DNA of 61,074 nt from Actinomycetes bacterium. GTDB lineage: Bacteria > Actinomycetota > Acidimicrobiia > IMCC26256 > VFJJ01. Numbering within the stretch: position 1 is the first letter of the stretch; each line of letters starts with the position of its first letter. The notes beneath the pieces are model-generated. The model searched no databases, was not told where the DNA came from, and was given only the letters and a program-made list of their open reading frames with translations. The stretch is taken from contig JANLSK010000149.1 of NCBI GenBank assembly GCA_031362415.1, positions 1-61,074 on the forward strand. Direction: 5' to 3'. This document shows positions 54,645 to 61,074 of this stretch, in pieces. The translations under genes were made by a program, and so were the position numbers.

Positions 54645-55967
54645 ATGAGCGCCATAGAGGTGCTGCTGGGTGTAGGTGTCGTGATCGGGCTGTTCGCCCG
54701 CCCAGCCTCAGCGGCAGACGGCGACATCGACGTGATGCAATTGCAGACCGCCGTCTCGCTCGAGCTGCTCACCATTGCCACGTACCAGGCCGCGCTGACC
54801 CTGCCTTTCATCAAGGATGGTAATCCTGTCATTGTTGCCTTTGACGAGACGACCATGATGCAGCATGACGAGCATCGTCAGGCGTTCTCCGCACAGACCC
54901 AGGCCCTCGGAGGCACAGACCAGACCGCTCCCAACCCCAAGTACACGCCCATCGTCGAGCAGGCGAAGCCGAGCCTCACGGCTCCGATCGATGTGGTCAC
55001 GCTCGGAGCCACGCTCGAGCAGGTGGCGACCGAGACGTACCTCGACAATCTCAATCGATTCACGGACGTGACGGCTCGGGTCCTGACGGCCTCGGTCATG
55101 GGCGTCGAATGCCAGCATCTCGCCACCCTCCGAGCGGTCGGCGCCCTCATCGAAGTGGGAGCACCGGAGTTGATCAAGATTCCGCTCGGGGCCGACTTGG
55201 CCAAGCTTCCCGCGGCGGCCGGGAGTGTCGCCTTCCGAAGCATTCGAGCCCACGACCATGGCCAGCCCGCCCGAAGAAGGAGCCGTCTGATGAGTGACTT
55301 GAACCTGAACGTGGGCGTGAGTAGGCGCCAAGTGCTGATCGCCGGAGCGGCTGCCATCGGCGCGACCTCGTGCTGGTTGCGTGTGGCGACGATGACGACG
55401 CCGGTGGAACCAGTACCAGCGCAGCCGGCGGAGCGACCGGCGGCACGGCTACGTCGACTGCCACGACGACCGCTGGCGGCAACGTCAACCTGGATGTCGC
55501 AAAGCTCGCCGCTGGGCTTGAAGTGCTCGCTGTCGGCACGTAACCAGGCTGCATTGGACGCGGCGGGCGCCGGATCGCTGGGTGACGTGCCGCCCGCCGT
55601 GGGCGAGTTCGTGACCGTCGCCTTGGCACAGCACCAGGAGCACCTCGATGCCTGGAACTCCGTCATCACCGGTGCGGGAGAGCCCGCAGTGACCGAACCC
55701 AACGCCACGTTGAAACCGACCGTCGACACGGAGTTCGCCGCGGTGACCGACGTGGAGGGGGGTGCGCGGCTGGCGTTGCTGTTGGAACAGATAGCTGCGG
55801 CGACGTATCTCAGCGCGCAGAGCGTCTTGAGCGACCCGGCCGCCATCGAGCTCGCCGGATCGATTCAGGTCGTCGACGCTCAGCACGCTGCCGTGCTCCT
55901 GTACGTGCTCGGCGAATATCCGGTACCTGACGTGTTCGGCAAGGTCGAGCTCGCGGTAGCGGCTTGA
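54645..55967 (+). CDS. tandem ferritin-like domain proteins read as one ORF (second copy has Tat/lipoprotein signal; frame disrupted)
   Basis: First copy: signal-like N-terminus plus LELLTIATYQAAL ... ECQHLATLRAV. The second copy starts at MSDLNLNVGVSRRQVLIAGAAAIGATS (ATG 55291) with no intervening stop. Between ~55370 and 55542 the biologically sensible reading is in another frame: LVACGDDDDAGGTSTS...LAVGT[Y]QAAL. Confidence 0.5.
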   Translation: MSAIEVLLGVGVVIGLFARPASAADGDIDVMQLQTAVSLELLTIATYQAALTLPFIKDGNPVIVAFDETTMMQHDEHRQAFSAQTQALGGTDQTAPNPKYTPIVEQAKPSLTAPIDVVTLGATLEQVATETYLDNLNRFTDVTARVLTASVMGVECQHLATLRAVGALIEVGAPELIKIPLGADLAKLPAAAGSVAFRSIRAHDHGQPARRRSRLMSDLNLNVGVSRRQVLIAGAAAIGATSCWLRVATMTTPVEPVPAQPAERPAARLRRLPRRPLAATSTWMSQSSPLGLKCSLSARNQAALDAAGAGSLGDVPPAVGEFVTVALAQHQEHLDAWNSVITGAGEPAVTEPNATLKPTVDTEFAAVTDVEGGARLALLLEQIAAATYLSAQSVLSDPAAIELAGSIQVVDAQHAAVLLYVLGEYPVPDVFGKVELAVAA

Positions 55968-56071
55968 TCGACCCGCGAAGCTGAATTCCCCTGCCGCCGG
56001 TTCCACGGAGCGCGTTCACCCGCGCTTCGTGGAACCGTGGCAGGGCGGCCCCGGGTGACGCAACGAGAGGC

Positions 56072-57346
56072 TCAGGCCACGAAGAGACCGAAGCCGGGCT
56101 GGCGGGCCTTGGGATCGCCAGATGCCAGGGCGGCGGCCGTCTGACGGGCCGAGGTTCCGTTGACAACGGCGTTGGCGACGACTGCGGCCACGTGGGGCGC
56201 GGCGAAAGAGGTTCCCGTCCACGTGGCCCAGCCCCGGAAGCTCTGGGCGCCTCGGGGGGCGTCGGGGTGCTCGAGGCGGAAGCGACCCGAGTAGAAGGTG
56301 CTCACCCGGCCCGTGCCGCGGGCGTACACGTCAACCCAGTCGCCTCGACCGGAGTACAGGGTGGCTGGCGAGCCGAGGTCGTCGTCGGCTGCGGCGACGG
56401 CCAGCACGCGTTTGGTGGCTGCGGGCCACACGGGACGGGTGCTCGCGTGGTTGCCGGCGGATGCGACCACGACGCAGTCGAGCCCGGCCGCATCGATACG
56501 GTCGAGCACGTTGGAGATGGCCAGCGGTGCCGTGTTGTCGAGCGTGAAACCGCCGAGTGGGACGACGATCACCCGGCAGTCGGCTTCGGTTGCCAAGCGC
56601 CACAAGGCATTGGCGATGGCTGGGTCGTCGAGGTGCCCCGCGGGCCCGACCGCTCGGCAGTGGACGATCTGGGCGTCGGGGCAGGCTTGGGCCACGAGCC
56701 CGGCGACGAAGGTTCCGTGGCCGGCGTACGACCCTAGGACCGGATCGCCCCCGGCCGACGCGGGTGCGCCTGGGGTCTCGGGGGGCTCGCCGGCGATGCG
56801 CTCGGCGTGTCCGGCGAGCCAGGGATGGTCGGCGAGCCCGGCGTCGATGACACCGATGCTGACGGCGCCCGAGGCGGCGGAGAGCGGCGGACGTCCGCGA
56901 AAGCGTGCCGGAGCGGCCTCGGGCGCGAACGCCGGGAAGTAGGTGCGATGGAACGCGGGCCAGAAGACGTGGTTGGGTGAGACACCGAGCGTCGGTGGAT
57001 CGGTGAGAGTCCGCAACTCGGTGACGAAGGCTGTCAGCGCTTCACGCCGAAACGGCACCTGGAACCGGACCGTCCCGGGGCTGACCTCTTGGCGTGCGAA
57101 CGGCGCGAGTCGCCGGCGGATCCCTCGCGCGCCCATGGCATCGCCTTCGAGCAACGCGGCATCCACCAGCAACTCCCCGGGGACCGAAAGGAACTCCTGG
57201 CCCCGAACGATGGTGCCTTCCACCGCTCCGGGCGGGATGACGACGGCATGGGCGTGTCGTGGTTCGGCTCCATGATCGTCGCCATGATCCTCGCCATGAT
57301 CCTCAGGATGGTCGTCAGGGTGGCGAGCATCGTGCGTGGGCTTCAT
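56072..57346 (-). CDS. S8 family (subtilisin-like) serine peptidase, cytoplasmic, His-rich N-terminus
   Basis: Catalytic triad contexts IGVIDAG, HGTFVAG and GTSFAAPHVAA. No signal peptide. N-terminus MKPTHDARHPDDHPEDHGEDHGDDHG, with a GGAGG RBS before the ATG at 57346. Confidence 0.8.
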   Translation of the reverse strand: MKPTHDARHPDDHPEDHGEDHGDDHGAEPRHAHAVVIPPGAVEGTIVRGQEFLSVPGELLVDAALLEGDAMGARGIRRRLAPFARQEVSPGTVRFQVPFRREALTAFVTELRTLTDPPTLGVSPNHVFWPAFHRTYFPAFAPEAAPARFRGRPPLSAASGAVSIGVIDAGLADHPWLAGHAERIAGEPPETPGAPASAGGDPVLGSYAGHGTFVAGLVAQACPDAQIVHCRAVGPAGHLDDPAIANALWRLATEADCRVIVVPLGGFTLDNTAPLAISNVLDRIDAAGLDCVVVASAGNHASTRPVWPAATKRVLAVAAADDDLGSPATLYSGRGDWVDVYARGTGRVSTFYSGRFRLEHPDAPRGAQSFRGWATWTGTSFAAPHVAAVVANAVVNGTSARQTAAALASGDPKARQPGFGLFVA

Positions 57347-57472
57347 CGGACCCTCCCTGGTCACTCGACACGGTCAAGGGACACGCATTCCTCGACACGA
57401 ACGCGCACACGCGCCTGGACCGACGCCGGTCCAGCACCGCACTGTCGGACATTAGACGCCCGCCGACGCCCC

Positions 57473-60334
57473 ATGGCGCCAACCTACGCTGGCCTGACGA
57501 TGAGCCCACGTCCACGAACACCTCTCGAGCGCCAGGCGCGCGCGGCACTCGGGCGACTGGCCGTCGACGCTCCGGCGGCTCACGAGGAGGTGGCCGACAC
57601 GGCTCGTGACCTCGTCATCGAGGCCGATCTGCGGGGCGATGCCCTGGCGTCGTGCATCGCCTGGCGAGTGATCGCACTGGTGGAACGGGGCCGGGGCGAC
57701 CTGGAGGATGCTGTTCGCTCGTTCGAGCACTCCTTGAGTCGAGCCCGTGTTGGCGGCTTCGATGTCGCAGCCGCTGAAAGCCGGATCAGCCTCGCGGGCC
57801 TGTTCGCCATGTCCGGACAGGGGCTGCGGGCGCTCAGCGAGATCGACGGTGCGCTGGCGGGTGGGGCGCTGACCACACGGGTGCGAGCCCGGGCCGTCGC
57901 GCAACGAGGGACGATCCTCGCCGACCTCGGCCGCTTCGTCGAGAGCCTTGCCGCCTACGAGGAGGCGCTCCCGGCTTTGAGGGCCGCCCGTGACACGGTG
58001 GGCGAAATCGTCACGCTGAACAGCCGCTCAGGCCTGCTGCTCCATCTCGGGCGCTTCGCGGATGCCGAGGCCGATCTGCTCCGGGCCGAACGCCTGCAAC
58101 GTCGTCTCGGCGGTGGTGGCCTGTTGATCGATCTTCTCCAGAACCTGGGCGAGGTGACGGCGATGCGGGGCGACCTACCCGGCGCTCTGCGGTATCACGA
58201 TCTGGCGCTCGAGCAGGCCGGGGGGCATGAGTCGCCGATGGCCGCGGCGCACCGTATCGATGTTCTCCTGGCGGCCCGCCTCGTCGACGAGGCGGGCGAG
58301 GCGGCCGAGCGGGCATTGGCGAGCGCCACCATCGCCGAGGTGTCGCGACCCGAGATCGAGCTCAGGGCGGCCGAGACCGCGCTGCTCGCCGGAGACCCGT
58401 CCCGGGCGCACGAGCTGGCCCTGGCCGCCGCAGAGCGCTTTGCCCGGCAGGGGCGTCGGCGGTGGGTCCTCCTGGCTCGCCAGGTGGGCGTGAGGGCCGC
58501 ATTGGCCGGCCCGGAACGTGACATCGCTGCGGTGCGCACGGCCCGCTCGTTGGCTCGGGCGCTCGAGCGCACCGGGTGGACGAGCGCTGCGGCCGAGACC
58601 CGCCTGGCCGCGGCCGAGACCGCCGTGGTGTTGGGCTGGAGGGGCCAGCTCGTACAGCGCGATCTCGAGGCTGCGGCCCACGTCGGCGCAGGCGCGCCGG
58701 CACAGGAACGTCTCCGGGCGGCTCGGGCCGAGGCCCTGCTCGGGATGGTGCGCGGCGACCGTCGAACGTCGCGACGGGCATTGCGGCGCGGGCTCGGGGT
58801 GCTCGACGCCTACCGCGCTGCACTCGGAGCCACGGAGCTGCGCGCTCATGCGTCGGCGCACGGGGAGGCCCTGGCCATGATCGGCGTACGGATGGCGGTG
58901 GCCGACGACGATGTGGCGGCGGTCCTCGACTGGTCGGAACGCTGGCGGGCGGCGACCCTCCAGCTGCGCCCGGTGCGACCCCCCGACGACGATGCCTTGG
59001 CCGACGATCTCGCCGGCCTGCGCAGGATCACCGTCGAGATCGACGAGGCGGCGATGGCGGGGGCTGACACGTCGACGCTGATTCGTCACCTGCATCACCT
59101 CGAACAGCGGGTGCGCGCCACGAGCCGGCACGCGGCGGGCGACCGAACCGCGGGTCTCGGCCGTCAGCACCGGCCACCCACGCTGGCTGCGCTCCGGCGT
59201 GCGATCGGCGATCGGGCGCTGGTGTCGTTCATCGGGCTCGACGGCACGGTCCTGGCCCTGTCGATGCACGGCCGACGGGTGAGCGTGCAGTCGGTCGGCT
59301 CGGTGGCCGACATGACCCGCGAGGTCGAGAGTCTCCGGTTCTCCTTACGGCGCTTGAGTCGTGGGGGAGGGAGCCGGCTCGCGCTCGACGCGGCCCGAGC
59401 CAGCGTGCAGGCGTCGGCCGCCGGTCTCGACGCGCTCTTGTTCGCACACCTCGGGCTCGGTCTTGGCGTGGAGCGAGGCGAAGCGGCTGGCGCGCCCGGT
59501 GACGAGCCGGCCTGTGGGTCCGATCCATCACTGGTCGTCGTCCCCACCGGACCCTTGCACGCCTTGCCCTGGAGCCTCCTGCCCACATGCCGGGCCCGCC
59601 CGGTCACGGTGGCCCCCTCGATCTCCTTCTGGTGCGACGGGCCGGGCGACGACCGCTCCCCGTCGAGCACGATCACTCGATCCTCGGGCGAACCCGCCCG
59701 AGCTCAGGCCCGGCTCCGTTCGCGAGCACTCCTCGTGGCCGGGCCCGGCCTCGAGCATGCCGAGGCCGAGATCGCCGAGATCGCGGCCCTCACGCCTGGG
59801 GGGCGGGTTTTAGCCGGCCCCGCAGCCACGGCGGCGGCGGTGTCGGCAGCCCTGCCCGGCGCCGGTCTCGCCCACCTGGCCTGCCATGGGCGCTTCCGCT
59901 CCGACAACCCGATGTTCTCCTCGCTGGTGCTCGCCGACGGCCCGCTGTTCGTGTACGACCTGGAGCGTCTCGGTCGAACGCCGGAGACGATCGTGCTCTC
60001 GGCCTGCGACTCCGGGCTGTCGGCGGTGCGTTCGGGCGAGGAGCTGATGGGTCTCGCTGCGGCCCTGTTCAGCCTGGGGACCCGCCACCTCGTGGCCAGC
60101 GTGGTGCCCGTCCCCGACGATCTGACCCGAACGCTGATGAGCGAGCTGCACCGTGAGCTGCGAGCCGGTCGAGCGCCGGAAGCGGCGCTGGCCCGGGCTC
60201 GCCAGGCGGTGGCCGACGATGGCGATCGAGGAATGGTGGCTGCGGCGGCCTTCGTGTGCCTCGGCCGGTCCCACGGCGGCGGGCTGGGCGAGAAGACGAC
60301 GGGTCGGGACGGATTGCCCGGCGAGCGGGCCTAA
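57473..60334 (+). CDS. TPR-like repeat plus CHAT domain protein (caspase-fold protease)
   Basis: About 600 aa of Ala/Leu-rich helical repeats are followed by a CHAT domain with a His-Cys dyad context (GLAHLACHGRF ... IVLSACDSG). The start is 57473 or 57500. Confidence 0.75.
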   Translation: MAPTYAGLTMSPRPRTPLERQARAALGRLAVDAPAAHEEVADTARDLVIEADLRGDALASCIAWRVIALVERGRGDLEDAVRSFEHSLSRARVGGFDVAAAESRISLAGLFAMSGQGLRALSEIDGALAGGALTTRVRARAVAQRGTILADLGRFVESLAAYEEALPALRAARDTVGEIVTLNSRSGLLLHLGRFADAEADLLRAERLQRRLGGGGLLIDLLQNLGEVTAMRGDLPGALRYHDLALEQAGGHESPMAAAHRIDVLLAARLVDEAGEAAERALASATIAEVSRPEIELRAAETALLAGDPSRAHELALAAAERFARQGRRRWVLLARQVGVRAALAGPERDIAAVRTARSLARALERTGWTSAAAETRLAAAETAVVLGWRGQLVQRDLEAAAHVGAGAPAQERLRAARAEALLGMVRGDRRTSRRALRRGLGVLDAYRAALGATELRAHASAHGEALAMIGVRMAVADDDVAAVLDWSERWRAATLQLRPVRPPDDDALADDLAGLRRITVEIDEAAMAGADTSTLIRHLHHLEQRVRATSRHAAGDRTAGLGRQHRPPTLAALRRAIGDRALVSFIGLDGTVLALSMHGRRVSVQSVGSVADMTREVESLRFSLRRLSRGGGSRLALDAARASVQASAAGLDALLFAHLGLGLGVERGEAAGAPGDEPACGSDPSLVVVPTGPLHALPWSLLPTCRARPVTVAPSISFWCDGPGDDRSPSSTITRSSGEPARAQARLRSRALLVAGPGLEHAEAEIAEIAALTPGGRVLAGPAATAAAVSAALPGAGLAHLACHGRFRSDNPMFSSLVLADGPLFVYDLERLGRTPETIVLSACDSGLSAVRSGEELMGLAAALFSLGTRHLVASVVPVPDDLTRTLMSELHRELRAGRAPEAALARARQAVADDGDRGMVAAAAFVCLGRSHGGGLGEKTTGRDGLPGERA

Positions 60335-60370
60335 CCTGACCGTTGACCCGGCCCGAGCAGGAGGCAGGCA

Positions 60371-61074
60371 GTGATCATCGACGGATTCGCCCACGCGCTG
60401 CCCGACATCGACCCGGAAGAGACCAAGGAGTGGGTCGACTCGCTCGACTCGGTCATCGAGGGTCGAGGAAGACCCCGGGCCCGCTATCTGCTGCTGCGCC
60501 TCATGGAACGGGCCCGCACCCTGGGGGTCGTGGCCCCGGCGATGGTCTCCACCGACTACATCAACACGATCCCGCCCGAGGCCGAACCCTGGTTCCCCGG
60601 CGACGAGGAGCTCGAGCGCCGCATCCGGTCGTGCATCCGCTGGAACGCCGCCGTCATGGTCACCCGGGCCAATCGCCAGTTCGACGGCCTGGGCGGGCAC
60701 CTGTCCACCTTCCAGAGCGCGGCGTCGCTCTACGAGGTGGGCTTCAATCATTTCTTCCACGGTAAGGCCGATGGGGGAGCGGGCGACCAGATCTTCGTGC
60801 AGGGCCATGCTGCGCCGGGCATCTACGCCCGTTCGTACCTCGAAGGCCGTCTCAGCGAGGACCAGCTCGACCACTACCGCCGCGAGGTCGGGGGACGGGG
60901 TCTCTCCTCGTACCCGCATCCCCGGCGCATGCCCGAGTTCTGGGAGTTCCCGACGGTCTCGATGGGGCTGGGCCCGCTCAACTCGATCTATCAGGCCCGT
61001 TTCAACCGCTACCTGCACAACCGGCAGATCACCGACACCTCGCACTCGCGGGTGTGGTGCTTCGTCGGCGACGG
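60371..61074 (+). CDS. aceE: pyruvate dehydrogenase E1 component (homodimeric type), 5' partial
   Basis: [35 protein letters not shown] ... [21 protein letters not shown] ... VWCFVGDG match the AceE N-terminus and ThDP region. The ORF is open to the window end. Confidence 0.85.
   Translation, partial: MIIDGFAHALPDIDPEETKEWVDSLDSVIEGRGRPRARYLLLRLMERARTLGVVAPAMVSTDYINTIPPEAEPWFPGDEELERRIRSCIRWNAAVMVTRANRQFDGLGGHLSTFQSAASLYEVGFNHFFHGKADGGAGDQIFVQGHAAPGIYARSYLEGRLSEDQLDHYRREVGGRGLSSYPHPRRMPEFWEFPTVSMGLGPLNSIYQARFNRYLHNRQITDTSHSRVWCFVGD

Noticed and set aside
57089-57472. 5' part of the 1081-aa ORF as part of the CHAT protein
   Set aside because: It is antisense to the S8 peptidase N-terminal coding region. 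A plausible ATG start with TPR-like sequence begins at 57473/57500.
1-61074. CRISPR arrays, transposases/IS elements, integrases and prophage structural genes
   Set aside because: There are no spaced direct repeats of CRISPR type, and no DDE/serine/tyrosine recombinase or phage capsid/terminase-like translations in any frame. The only repeats are short tandem or palindromic elements, listed above.

Overview
This is a 61-kb, roughly 68-70% GC segment with very dense coding and 4-bp start/stop overlaps, consistent with an actinobacterial (possibly Acidimicrobiia-like) chromosome. It is mostly accessory metabolism and envelope functions. I call about 58 protein genes.

Annotated content:
- A coxM-coxS-coxL-type molybdenum hydroxylase operon (form II-like AYRG motif), with SDR and YbgA-like genes upstream.
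- A vapBC toxin-antitoxin pair.
- A pxpA-pxpB-pxpC (5-oxoprolinase/allophanate-hydrolase-subunit-like) cluster.
- A thiolase plus DUF35 pair, and a MoxR plus VWA pair.
- An ABC-2 exporter (permease plus ATPase).
- A P450 plus ferredoxin pair.
- Flotillin, dUTPase and Leu/Phe-tRNA protein transferase.
- A Ser/Thr kinase, an ECF sigma factor and the 5' end of aceE.
- Three intact tRNAs (Gly-GCC, Cys-GCA, Val-GAC) plus a tRNA 3'-end fragment.

No CRISPR array, transposase or obvious prophage is present.

The most interesting features are:
1. A divergent pair of cytoplasmic proteases: a His-rich S8 subtilase and a TPR-CHAT caspase-like protein.
2. A three-member paralogous family of uncharacterised ~350-390 aa proteins sharing an RDRSWG motif, each next to a different tailoring enzyme (kinase, amidohydrolase, or P450 plus ferredoxin).
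3. A ~50-bp palindromic element (CAACTGCCAGTACA...CTGGCAGTTGCTCG) present twice in intergenic regions.
4. Signs of gene decay next to tRNA-Cys: an N-truncated, frameshifted allophanate hydrolase.
5. A tRNA-like 3' fragment plus a tandem repeat array in one intergenic region.
6. Tandem ferritin-like genes that read as one ORF only through compensating frameshifts.
7. An orphan beta-class DNA methyltransferase.

All calls rest on reading the ORF translations and the nucleotide sequence; no database searches were run. Coordinates of inferred internal starts may be off by a base or so.
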